Translations under genes and position numbers: made by a program | In this document: positions 39,203 through 48,126 of the stretch, piece after piece | Layout: each line of letters begins with the position of its first letter | How positions within the stretch are numbered: the first letter of the stretch is position 1 | From: Flavobacteriaceae bacterium | Lineage (GTDB): Bacteria > Bacteroidota > Bacteroidia > Flavobacteriales > Weeksellaceae | Direction of reading: 5' to 3' | NCBI GenBank assembly: GCA_004359435.1 | Contig: PTET01000001.1 | Span: 567,209 to 631,208, forward strand | Length of the DNA stretch: 64,000 nucleotides | Notes under the pieces: generated by a model | Told to the model about the DNA's origin: nothing | The model's database searches: none | Seen by the model: only the letters and a program-made list of their open reading frames with translations

Positions 39203-39234
39203 CAAATGTAAACATTTTTATTATGCAAGCATAA
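39203..39234 (-). promoter_or_regulatory. candidate promoter (-7 box TACATTTG on the minus strand, 39203-39210) overlapped by two 6-2-6 palindromes (possible MarR operators)
   Basis: AAATGT-AA-ACATTT at 39204-39217 and TTATGC-AA-GCATAA at 39221-39234. Both are perfect inverted repeats with centres 17 bp apart, about 75-105 nt upstream of the marR start. Confidence 0.4.
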
Positions 39235-39295
39235 GAAAAGTGTTTTTTTTATGAACAAATGCACAAAAAAAACGATTTTGAAACTCCAAAATCCT

Positions 39296-39940
39296 TTATC
39301 CCATCTGTTTGACATATTCCACAACCATGGAAATGTCTCTTTTGGCTTTTCCTAACAAGAAAGGCTCACCATGTCCGGGATACACCATGGTATCATCTGG
39401 AAATTCCTTCAGTACCTTTTCTACATTTTCTAGGTGAATTTTTGTGTTGGAGTGTGGGAAATCCGACCTTCCTATGGAATTTTCAAAAATCAGGTCTCCA
39501 CAAAAAAGCACTTTTTCTTCCTTTGAATAAAAGATGCTGGAATCTGGAGAATGTCCCGGAGTGTGAAGGAAATGTAGGGTGCTTTCCCCAAATTGATAGG
39601 TGAATTCTTCGGATTCAAAAACGATTTCTGCGGGTTTGCAAACCAGTGGTGGCATTCCGCCAAAAAGGGCAGAACCGTTCATCATGGGGTTTGTCAACAT
39701 CTCTTGTCCTTGTTTTTGCAAAATGACTTCTATCCCAAATTTGCTTCGCAAAAACTCCAATTCTTCAATGTGGTCCACATGTCCATGGGTGAGAAGAAGG
39801 TTTTTGGGAGGGATTTGCACAAACTCTACAATTCCTTTGTGGCTGGCATCGACAAGGATGCTTTCAGAACCACTTTCTACATAATAGGTATTGGTGGTAA
39901 AAGCGGAGGTGATTTTTTGGATTTTCATGGGATAGGGCAA
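39296..39940 (-). CDS. MBL-fold metallo-hydrolase (glyoxalase II-like)
   Basis: THGHVDH motif plus downstream HTPGHSPD; 214 aa. Confidence 0.85.
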   Translation of the reverse strand: MPYPMKIQKITSAFTTNTYYVESGSESILVDASHKGIVEFVQIPPKNLLLTHGHVDHIEELEFLRSKFGIEVILQKQGQEMLTNPMMNGSALFGGMPPLVCKPAEIVFESEEFTYQFGESTLHFLHTPGHSPDSSIFYSKEEKVLFCGDLIFENSIGRSDFPHSNTKIHLENVEKVLKEFPDDTMVYPGHGEPFLLGKAKRDISMVVEYVKQMG

Positions 39941-40050
39941 AGGAAAGGTTGGATGATTTTTTTTGGAATTTGCTCAAACAAAAATAGAAAAAAAAAGTTG
40001 GTTCGCCTTTGCGGGGCTTTGTTTACCTTTGGAGAAACAACTTTTAAGAC

Positions 40051-40959
40051 TTGAGAATCGTGAAAAAATGGATTTCTGCCGCCAGATTGAGAACTTTGCC
40101 CCTTTCCCTCAGTGGGGTTTTGCTTGGGAATTTGCTTGCTTTGGCTGGAGGCCAAGCCCAAATGTCCATTTTTGTTTTGAGCCTTTTCACCACCATTTGT
40201 TACCAAATTCTGTCCAATTACGCCAACGATTATGGGGATGCACAAAAAGGAACTGACCAGAACAAAATAGGGGAGAAAAGAGCCGTTTCCAGTGGTGTGA
40301 TTTCCGCCTCTGCCATGAAAAACGCCATGATTTTGTTCGGTGTTTTGTCTGGGATTCTCACTTTGGTGCTCGTATATGTCTCTTTTGGTAAGGAGCAGAT
40401 GGGATATGTACTGCTTTTTCTTTTTCTTGGAATTCTCAGCATCATCGCTGCCATCAAATATACCGTTGGAAAAAATCCTTATGGATACAGTGGACTGGGA
40501 GACATTTTTGTTTTTGTATTTTTTGGATGGGTTTCTCTTTTGGGAAGCCATTTTCTTCACACCAAGGAAATTTCCCCTTTGTTTTTTCTCCCCGCAACCG
40601 CTGTTGGGCTTTTGAGTGTTGCGGTTTTGAATCTCAACAACATGAGAGATTTCTCCACGGATGCTCTCTCTGGAAAAAACACTCTGGTGGTGAAAAAAGG
40701 ATTGGATTATGCCAAAAAATACCACAGTTTTTTGGTGACTACACCACTTGTTTTGGGACTGATTTTCTCTGTTTTGTATCCTTCCCAAATCAAACTTTTC
40801 CATTTTTTGTGGCTGATTGTGGTTTTTCCTCTTTTCAAACATCTGCGTGCTGTTTGGAATGATGCTTCTCCCATCTGGCTGGATTCTCAGCTGAAAGTGG
40901 TGGCACTCTCTACCTTTGTTTTTTCATTGCTTTTGGGAATCGGATATTTGCTCTCATAA
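40051..40959 (+). CDS. menA: 1,4-dihydroxy-2-naphthoate polyprenyltransferase
   Basis: UbiA-fold motifs NDYGDAQKGTD and NNMRD, with about 8-9 TM helices. No ATG start is available; the options are TTG 40051 or GTG 40060. Confidence 0.85.
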   Translation: MRIVKKWISAARLRTLPLSLSGVLLGNLLALAGGQAQMSIFVLSLFTTICYQILSNYANDYGDAQKGTDQNKIGEKRAVSSGVISASAMKNAMILFGVLSGILTLVLVYVSFGKEQMGYVLLFLFLGILSIIAAIKYTVGKNPYGYSGLGDIFVFVFFGWVSLLGSHFLHTKEISPLFFLPATAVGLLSVAVLNLNNMRDFSTDALSGKNTLVVKKGLDYAKKYHSFLVTTPLVLGLIFSVLYPSQIKLFHFLWLIVVFPLFKHLRAVWNDASPIWLDSQLKVVALSTFVFSLLLGIGYLLS

Positions 40960-41033
40960 TTGCTCTAAGGAAAAAAATCAAACAGAAAAAAATAAACCCA
41001 CACCCAATCCAAAACCGAATCCAAAACGAAGCT

Positions 41034-42062
41034 ATGAAGGCCTATTACAAAGAAATCTTGTTTCCTTTTGCAAATCCACTTGGCACTTCCAGAGGGACTT
41101 TGCACGCAAAAGAGGTCTTTTTTGTTTTTGTGGAAAAAGACGGATTTACAGGCATTGGAGAAACGGGTTTGTTTGCTTCCCTAAGTTTTGATGATGTGCC
41201 CCATTACCGAGAAAAACTCTCTTGGGCTTGCCAAAACATTGCTCTTCCGTGGGAAGAATTGAGCCAAGAACTGAAGGAATTTCCCTCCATCGTTTTTGGG
41301 CTAGAGCAGGCACTTTTGAGTTTGAAAAACAGGTCTATGGAACTTTTTCCCTCGGATTTTACACTTGGAAAACAAGGCATCGCCATCAATGGCCTGATTT
41401 GGATGGGAGATTCTGCTTTTGTACAGAGCCAAATTCAAAAGAAATTGGAGGTGGGATATTCCTGCATCAAAATGAAAATTGGGGTAGACTGGCCAAGTGA
41501 ACTTGCCATTTTGGAGGGTCTTAGAAAAAGATTTCCCAAAGAAACCTTAGAAATTCGGGTGGATGCCAATGGGGCTTTTTCTTTTTTGGATGCCAAAGAG
41601 GTTTTGAAAAAACTCCAAGATTTGCAGATTCATTCTATAGAACAACCTATCAAGAAAGGACAAATACAAGAAATGGCTTCCTTAGCAAATTTGGGGGCTT
41701 GTCCTGTGGTGTTGGATGAGGAACTCATCGGGGTTTTGGATTTTGAAAATCAAAAAACATTGCTAAAAACCATTTCGCCAAAATATGTCATTTTCAAACC
41801 CAGTCTGATTGGTGGCTTTGAGAAAACAGATAGGTGGATTTCCCTCTGCTCAGAGCTTGGAATCGGCTGGTGGATTACCTCTGCCTTGGAAACCAACATT
41901 GGGCTTTCTGCCATTTCTCAATATACTTTTACCAAAAACAGTCCCATGTTTCAAGGTCTTGGAACTGGTGGACTTTTCACCCAAAATGTTCCTTCACCCT
42001 TGGAGCTCAAAGGGCAAGAACTGTTTTACAATCCAGAAAAGCCATGGAAACTTCCCAGTTGA
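41034..42062 (+). CDS. menC: o-succinylbenzoate synthase (enolase superfamily)
   Basis: KMKIG, RVDANG and IEQP metal-ligand/catalytic blocks. Located between menA and menE. Confidence 0.8.
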   Translation: MKAYYKEILFPFANPLGTSRGTLHAKEVFFVFVEKDGFTGIGETGLFASLSFDDVPHYREKLSWACQNIALPWEELSQELKEFPSIVFGLEQALLSLKNRSMELFPSDFTLGKQGIAINGLIWMGDSAFVQSQIQKKLEVGYSCIKMKIGVDWPSELAILEGLRKRFPKETLEIRVDANGAFSFLDAKEVLKKLQDLQIHSIEQPIKKGQIQEMASLANLGACPVVLDEELIGVLDFENQKTLLKTISPKYVIFKPSLIGGFEKTDRWISLCSELGIGWWITSALETNIGLSAISQYTFTKNSPMFQGLGTGGLFTQNVPSPLELKGQELFYNPEKPWKLPS

Positions 42063-43198
42063 ATCAGTCCCAAGAACCCAGAATTTTGGATTTTTCAAAT
42101 GATTTGATTTTGCAATCTAAGAAGATTCCACTTTTAAATCCCTCTGAATTTGAAACCAAAGTATGGGCTTTTGTCCGAGAATTTTTGGAGGAAAATCCCT
42201 ATATAGAGCTGAAGACTTCTGGCTCAACGGGAGAGCCCAAAACCATTTTGGCTGAAAAAGAAAAACTCAAAATATCCGCCCAAAGAACTTTGGATTTTTT
42301 GGATTTGAACCCCAAAAACCAAAAAAGTACCCATCCCGATTTGTTTTTTGCATTGGTACTCCCAATAGAATACATTGCGGGAAAAATGATGGTGATTAGG
42401 GCCCTTGTAGCGGGAGCCAAACTGCTTGTCATAGAGCCCAAAACGCAAATTTGTTTTCCTATTGGCTGTCCCAAAATAGCGCTTTTGGCTTTGACGCCCA
42501 TGCAATTGTCCCAGTCTTTAGAGGGGTTTCCAGAGGTTTCCCATGTGCTTTTGGGTGGAGCCAAACTAAACGAAAACTTGCAAGAGCAGATTCACACAAC
42601 TTTTGAAAAGAAGAGAGAAAACAACAAAAACCTTCCCACTTTCTGGGAAACTTTTGGCATGACAGAAACCTTTTCCCATATAGCTTTGAAACAGGTTTTT
42701 CTCAAAAAGAATGCCTTTTTTGAGGTTTTTGATTCAGTTGAAATTTTCCAAGATGAATCGGGTTGTTTAGGTTTAAAAGACAAAGCCCTTGGTTTGCACC
42801 TGAAAACCGAGGATTTGGTGGAAGTACTTTCGGCAAAAACCTTTGTTTGGAAAGGCAGAAAAGGAAATGTCATCAATTCTGCGGGTGTGAAAATTTTTCC
42901 TGAATCCATCGAAAACATCCTTGAAGCAAAACTGGGTTTTCCTTTTTTTGTCCACGGCATTCCAGATGATGTGATGGGGCAAAAAGTGAGTTTGTTTTTG
43001 GAAGTAGGAGAGAATCTTTCAGATTTGGAAAAAGAAAATATCAAAACCAAAACCCTCCAAACTTTGGAAAACCTAAAAGATTCATTGGGAAAATTCCAGA
43101 AACCCAAAGCGATTTTTCTGCTCAAAACCTTTGAGCGTACCCTCTCTGGGAAAATCCAAAGAGACAAAACGGTGAAGGAGTTTTTGGAACTGATGTGA
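42044..43198 (+). CDS. menE: o-succinylbenzoate--CoA ligase (AMP-binding family)
   Basis: TSGSTGEPK AMP-binding motif. Start set to ATG 42044, because the 5' part of the track ORF (41834-42043) is an off-frame run through menC. Confidence 0.75.
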   Translation: METSQLNQSQEPRILDFSNDLILQSKKIPLLNPSEFETKVWAFVREFLEENPYIELKTSGSTGEPKTILAEKEKLKISAQRTLDFLDLNPKNQKSTHPDLFFALVLPIEYIAGKMMVIRALVAGAKLLVIEPKTQICFPIGCPKIALLALTPMQLSQSLEGFPEVSHVLLGGAKLNENLQEQIHTTFEKKRENNKNLPTFWETFGMTETFSHIALKQVFLKKNAFFEVFDSVEIFQDESGCLGLKDKALGLHLKTEDLVEVLSAKTFVWKGRKGNVINSAGVKIFPESIENILEAKLGFPFFVHGIPDDVMGQKVSLFLEVGENLSDLEKENIKTKTLQTLENLKDSLGKFQKPKAIFLLKTFERTLSGKIQRDKTVKEFLELM

Positions 43199-43265
43199 TT
43201 TTGAATGGATTTTGTGAAAATTTAAATGAAATATTTTGTAAACTTGAAAAACCAAAACCCAAACT

Positions 43266-43688
43266 ATGAAAGTTTTTCTTTTTGCCTTAATGATTTTTGT
43301 GGGCAGCATTTTCTCGCTCGCGCAAACGCCAACTTTTGATGCAACGCTAAAAAAAGCGGGGCAAGAAAACAAAAAAGTACTTTTGTATTTTTCCGGGTCG
43401 GATTGGTGTGCACCCTGTATCAAGTTTAAGAATACCTACATCAACTCCGCTGAATTCAAAGATTTTTCCAAGAACAATCTGCTTCTTTTCAATGCCGATT
43501 TTCCTCGAAGCAAGGCAAATCAATTGAGCAAAGAGAAAACAAAAGAGAATGAGGCATTGGCTGACAAATACAATCCCTCTGGAAATTTCCCCATGATACT
43601 TTTGCTCAATAGCAAAGGCCAAGTGGTGAAAAAATGGGGCGGTTTGCCAAAAGAAAAGGTAGCAGATTTTGTAAAGCTGCTAAAGTAA
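43266..43688 (+). CDS. thioredoxin-like (TlpA/DsbD-gamma-like) periplasmic protein
   Basis: Signal peptide MKVFLFALMIFVGSIFSLAQ and a WCAPC redox motif. Confidence 0.8.
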   Translation: MKVFLFALMIFVGSIFSLAQTPTFDATLKKAGQENKKVLLYFSGSDWCAPCIKFKNTYINSAEFKDFSKNNLLLFNADFPRSKANQLSKEKTKENEALADKYNPSGNFPMILLLNSKGQVVKKWGGLPKEKVADFVKLLK

Positions 43689-43689
43689 A

Positions 43690-44613
43690 TTGTTAGTTCG
43701 TCGTCAAATAAAATTGATGGGCAATGCCTTTGAATTTGCCATTCAAAGCACGGACAATCTTTGGGCTAATGCACAAATCGATTTGGCCATTGAGGAAATC
43801 AGGAGAATAGAAAGACTGCTGACCACTTTTTCAAACGATAGCATTACCAGTATTGTCAACCAAAATGCAGGCATAGAGCCTGTAGAAGTGCCACAGGAAG
43901 TTTTTGAACTTATTTTTCGATGTCAAAAAATCTCTGAACTTACCCAAGGTGCTTTTGACATCACCTATGGAGGAATAGACAAAAGTTTGTGGAATTTTGA
44001 TTTGAAGATGAAAACATTGCCCTCAGCTGAAGTTGCTGCAAAATCTGTGAGACTCATCGATTATCAAAAAATTGTTTTGGACCAAATGAACAGAACTGTA
44101 TTTCTAAAGGAGAAAGGAATGAGAATTGGTTTTGGAGGAATTGGGAAAGGTTATGCGGCAGACAAGGCCACGGAGCTTCTCAAAAAAAGTGGAGTGGTAA
44201 GCGGTTTTGTAAATGCGGCTGGAGATTTGAACACTTGGGGAGTACAAGAAAACGGAAAGCCTTGGACCATTGGAGTGGCAGACCCCAACCAGAAAAAAGA
44301 AATTTTTTCTTCTCTGGACATTACCAATGCGGCCATCGCAACTTCTGGAAATTATGAAAAATATGTAACCATAGGTGGCAAAAGATATTCGCACACCATA
44401 GACCCCAAAACTGGTTTGCCTGTTTCGGGAATCAAAAGTGTAACCATCATTACCCAAAATGCAGAATTGGCAGATGCTTTGGCAACTCCGGTGATGGTGA
44501 TGGGAATAAAAGTAGGGCTAGATTTAATCAACCAATTAAAAGGTGTGGGTTGCATTGTGATAGATGACAACAACAAACTCTTTTTGTCTAAAAATATAAA
44601 TATCAACCAATGA
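43690..44613 (+). CDS. apbE: FAD:protein FMN transferase (ApbE family)
   Basis: GIGKGYAAD, TSGNYEK and HTIDPKTG blocks. TTG start 1 nt after the upstream stop. No obvious signal peptide. Confidence 0.85.
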   Translation: MLVRRQIKLMGNAFEFAIQSTDNLWANAQIDLAIEEIRRIERLLTTFSNDSITSIVNQNAGIEPVEVPQEVFELIFRCQKISELTQGAFDITYGGIDKSLWNFDLKMKTLPSAEVAAKSVRLIDYQKIVLDQMNRTVFLKEKGMRIGFGGIGKGYAADKATELLKKSGVVSGFVNAAGDLNTWGVQENGKPWTIGVADPNQKKEIFSSLDITNAAIATSGNYEKYVTIGGKRYSHTIDPKTGLPVSGIKSVTIITQNAELADALATPVMVMGIKVGLDLINQLKGVGCIVIDDNNKLFLSKNININQ

Positions 44614-44819
44614 AAAAAGTATGTATCATTTTTGGTTGTGCAGTAAGCTTGGCCAGCTGTACTCCAGTAAAAGAATATCAGAAAGGGAAAATCAACGATG
44701 CCGAAATGACTCTTTCACCTCGACTTTCAGAACGCAATGAGCTGAATTTTCAAGCCTACAGGGAAGCAGCCACGGGTGTCAATGGTGGGAAAACAGGTGG
44801 TGGTTGTGGTTGCAATTAA
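44610..44819 (+). CDS. DUF4266-type small lipoprotein
   Basis: Lipobox LASC and a Gly/Cys-rich C-terminus GGKTGGGCGCN. ATGA overlap with apbE. Confidence 0.7.
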   Translation: MKKVCIIFGCAVSLASCTPVKEYQKGKINDAEMTLSPRLSERNELNFQAYREAATGVNGGKTGGGCGCN

Positions 44820-44829
44820 AAAGTAAGGT

Positions 44830-46062
44830 ATGAAAAAAAGAAAATTGACTTTGGCTTTCTTGTGCATGTTGTTTGCTTCGAAATCAACTTTTGCACAAGA
44901 AACACAAACCGATAGCACCCAGACCGAAAACAACAATTATCATTCCCGTAAACTCAAAATAGAGGAAATGAATTTTGTTACGGGGTACTATGTTCAAAAT
45001 GGAAACAACGCAGCTGTAACGGGTGGGATTGGAGATGAAAATTTGACCGATATCGCAACCACCTTCAACATCAGTCTTGCGAAGTACGATGAAAAAGACA
45101 ACAAACACTCTTTGAATCTGGAAATGGGAGTGGATGCTTATACTTCTGCCTCTTCGGACAAGATTGATCCCAGTACCATTTCATCTGCTTCCAATGCAGA
45201 TATGAGGATTTATCCTTCGGTAAATTATCTTTATCAGAACGACAAGAATCGGTACAAGGTAGGTGCTGGGTATACAATGTCTAGTGAATATGATTATACT
45301 TCCAACGGACTGAATGCACTATTTTCCAAATGGAGCAAGGACAAAAATAAGGAGGTCACTGCAAAAGCTTCTGTATTTCTAGATCAGTGGAAAGTGATTT
45401 ACCCCATAGAACTTCGACCCGTCGGATACGGTAGTGGATCGGAACACGGCAGTGGGCAAATCGATACTGAGGACAGAAATTCTTACAACTTTGGAATTGT
45501 CTATTCCCAAGTGATTAACCAAAATCTTCAATTGGCACTTTTGGCAGATTATGGGTATCAAGAAGGTTTGTTGGCAACCCGATTCCACAGAACCTACTTT
45601 ACGGATGGATCAAAAAAAGTGGAGAATTTGCCAGATACCAGAACCAAGATTCCAGTGGGGTTGCGTGCCAGTTATTTCTTGGGAGACAATATGGTTCTGA
45701 GAGGATTTTATCGATACTATACGGATAATTGGGATGTACAAGCCCATACAGCAAGTTTGGAGGTAAGCTACAAAATTACGCCCTTTGTTTCCATTGCACC
45801 CTCTTATAGATTTTATACTCAAACCCAGGCTGAGTATTTTGCACCCTATTCCATGCATGATCCGCAAAGTTCATATTACACAAGTGATTATGATTTGTCT
45901 AAATTTACCAGCAGTTTGTATGGGCTGAATTTGAGATTTGCCAACTTAAACGACAAGTTTTTTATCGACAATCTTAATTCTTTGGATATCCGTTACGGAT
46001 ACTACAACCGCAGTACAGGTCTGAATGCCCATTCGATTACATTTGCACTGAATTTCAAATAG
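44830..46062 (+). CDS. DUF3570-type predicted outer-membrane beta-barrel protein
   Basis: Signal peptide, about 410 aa, Y/G/S-rich alternating strands and a C-terminal ...FALNFK. Canonical partner of DUF4266. Confidence 0.7.
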   Translation: MKKRKLTLAFLCMLFASKSTFAQETQTDSTQTENNNYHSRKLKIEEMNFVTGYYVQNGNNAAVTGGIGDENLTDIATTFNISLAKYDEKDNKHSLNLEMGVDAYTSASSDKIDPSTISSASNADMRIYPSVNYLYQNDKNRYKVGAGYTMSSEYDYTSNGLNALFSKWSKDKNKEVTAKASVFLDQWKVIYPIELRPVGYGSGSEHGSGQIDTEDRNSYNFGIVYSQVINQNLQLALLADYGYQEGLLATRFHRTYFTDGSKKVENLPDTRTKIPVGLRASYFLGDNMVLRGFYRYYTDNWDVQAHTASLEVSYKITPFVSIAPSYRFYTQTQAEYFAPYSMHDPQSSYYTSDYDLSKFTSSLYGLNLRFANLNDKFFIDNLNSLDIRYGYYNRSTGLNAHSITFALNFK

Positions 46063-46090
46063 TTGAGTTGCAAATAAAGCTCTACCAAAA

Positions 46091-46540
46091 GTGGATTATA
46101 AAATCAGAAAATTAGAAGAAAATGATTTGCCTACATTGGTTGAATTGTGTAGAGAACACGCTGAATATGAAAATTCCGAGTACAATCCGAAGGGAAAAGA
46201 AGTACAACTCAAAAATGCAATTTTCTCACAAAATCCTGATTTGTATTGTTATGTAATTGAAAGTGAAGGTGAAATAGGTGGCTATTTTTCCTTCACTTTT
46301 GATTTTTCCACATGGGATGCTAAAGACTTTTTGTATTTGGACTGTCTTTTTTTAAGACCCAATTTTAGAGGTGTAAAAATTGGGGAAGCAGTTTTTGAAA
46401 GATTAAAACGAATTGCCATTGAAAACCGATGTGTAAATATTCAATGGCAGACTCCCACTTTTAACCATAGAGCAATAAAATTTTACGACAAAATTGGTGC
46501 GTTAGGAAAAGACAAACGAAGATTCGTAATTAATTTGTAG
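46091..46540 (+). CDS. GNAT-family N-acetyltransferase
   Basis: RGVKIGEAVFERL acetyl-CoA-binding motif. GTG start. Confidence 0.8.
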   Translation: MDYKIRKLEENDLPTLVELCREHAEYENSEYNPKGKEVQLKNAIFSQNPDLYCYVIESEGEIGGYFSFTFDFSTWDAKDFLYLDCLFLRPNFRGVKIGEAVFERLKRIAIENRCVNIQWQTPTFNHRAIKFYDKIGALGKDKRRFVINL

Positions 46541-46585
46541 GGTGAAATCATCAATCCACAAAAGATTCTTTGATGAGTGATTCTC

Positions 46586-47506
46586 CTAAAACTGCACTTT
46601 TTCCAAAAGTTCTGGCAAGCACGTTTCTGGAAAGACAGTTTGTGCTTCTTCTTGCAAACGGTGGTAATGGGGAAAATATCGGGTGGAAAAATGCCCAATG
46701 ATGAGTTTTTTTACCTTTGCATCGCGGGCAATCATTGCAGCCTGAAGTGCGGTAGAATGTCCTGTAGCATAGGCTTTTTCTTCTAGTTCGTGAAGGAATG
46801 TCGCCTCGTGGTAGAGCAAATCTGCGCCTAGAATCTGCTCACAAACTTTGGGTTTGTAGCGGGTATCCGAACAAAAGGCATAACTTTTGGGTGAAGGTCC
46901 ATCTTTGGTGAGCAGAGTATTGGGCAAAATTTCACCGCTACTCAAAACAAAATCTTTCCCATTTTTCAGATTTTGGTAATCACAAATTTCGATTTCTGGA
47001 TATTTCTGTATTTCTTCCATCACCAAAGACCTCTCTTTTTGTTTTTCCTTGAAAAAATATCCATTGGTATAGATTCGGTGCACAAGAGGAATGGTTTCCA
47101 CCACAATTTTTTCATCTTCAAATATCACTTCATTTTGGGTTGAAGTGAGTTCTACAAAATGAATTGGGAAATTTCCTTCGCTCTTGGTGTGTTTGAGCTG
47201 GTTTTCGATAAAATCCCGAATTCCTTTTGGCCCATAAATATGCAAACTGGGGGTGGTTTTCATGAGTTGCAAACTGGAAATCAGTCCAATCAGACCAAAA
47301 ACATGGTCTCCATGTAGGTGAGAGATGAAAATATGTCGGATTTTGGAGAATTTGGTTCCTGTTTTGCGGATTTGTACTTGGGTTGCTTCACCGCAATCTA
47401 TCAAAAAAGTATGTCCCGCCATCTCCAAAAGTTGTGCTGTGGGATGGGAATTGGTTGTGGGTAGGGCAGAATTGAACCCCAAAATGGTGAGAGTAGGATG
47501 GCTCAT
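46586..47506 (-). CDS. rnz: ribonuclease Z
   Basis: HLHGDHVFGL motif and MBL fold; 306 aa. Confidence 0.9.
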   Translation of the reverse strand: MSHPTLTILGFNSALPTTNSHPTAQLLEMAGHTFLIDCGEATQVQIRKTGTKFSKIRHIFISHLHGDHVFGLIGLISSLQLMKTTPSLHIYGPKGIRDFIENQLKHTKSEGNFPIHFVELTSTQNEVIFEDEKIVVETIPLVHRIYTNGYFFKEKQKERSLVMEEIQKYPEIEICDYQNLKNGKDFVLSSGEILPNTLLTKDGPSPKSYAFCSDTRYKPKVCEQILGADLLYHEATFLHELEEKAYATGHSTALQAAMIARDAKVKKLIIGHFSTRYFPHYHRLQEEAQTVFPETCLPELLEKVQF

Positions 47507-48126
47507 GAAAGGATTTGGGCTAGAAATTCAGAACATTTTTTGCCCGCAACCCCTCTGTGGCTGAGGGAATTTTTTTCCGACTCGCTCATTTGGGCAAAAC
47601 TTTTTTCCCCGCCTAGAGGAACAAAAATCGGGTCATATCCAAAGCCGTTTTCTCCAAGTACTTTTTCAGAGAGGTTTCCGTGGATTTTTCCTTCAAAAAA
47701 ATGGGTGGTTCCATTAGGGAGAATCAAACACAAAACACAGATGAAAAAGGCTTTTCTATTGGGGTTATCCCTTAATTCTTCCAGCAATTTTTCAAGGTTT
47801 GCTTTGTCTGTTCCTTGGGACGAATATCTGGCTGAATGAATTCCAGGGGCAAAATTGAGGGCTTCAACACAAATCCCAGAATCATCTGAGAGAATCAAAT
47901 AAGATGGGTTTTCTTCCTTGAAAGTGTGCAAAAAACGAAAAATGCTTTCGGATTTGATTCTGGCATTGGCCTCAAAACTGTGTCCATTTTCGATGATTTC
48001 TTTGTCAAAACCAATGTCTTTCAAAGACAAAATTTCAAAGTTTGGAAAGAGAGAGCGTATTTCCTCGAGTTTGTGTCCGTTGTTGGAGGCAAAGACAATT
48101 TTGGCGTTTTTTGAATTCAAGCCCAT
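47503..48126 (-). CDS. rdgB: non-canonical purine NTP pyrophosphatase (RdgB/HAM1 family)
   Basis: IVFASNNGHKLEEI, FGYDPIF and SHRG blocks. Start moved to ATG 48126, because the upstream extension overlaps the CPBP gene. Confidence 0.85.
   Translation of the reverse strand: MGLNSKNAKIVFASNNGHKLEEIRSLFPNFEILSLKDIGFDKEIIENGHSFEANARIKSESIFRFLHTFKEENPSYLILSDDSGICVEALNFAPGIHSARYSSQGTDKANLEKLLEELRDNPNRKAFFICVLCLILPNGTTHFFEGKIHGNLSEKVLGENGFGYDPIFVPLGGEKSFAQMSESEKNSLSHRGVAGKKCSEFLAQILS

Noticed and set aside
39925-40842. 305-aa minus-strand ORF
   Set aside because: It is exactly antisense to menA, which has clear UbiA-family motifs. Its translation is low-complexity (K/N/Q/S-rich). It is a shadow of the T-rich menA codon usage.
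41834-42043. N-terminal 70 aa of track ORF 41834-43198
   Set aside because: This is an off-frame read-through of the menC 3' end. The AMP-ligase homology begins after ATG 42044.
42592-43167. 191-aa minus-strand ORF
   Set aside because: Antisense to menE, with no motif. It is part of the general off-frame ORF excess in this stretch.
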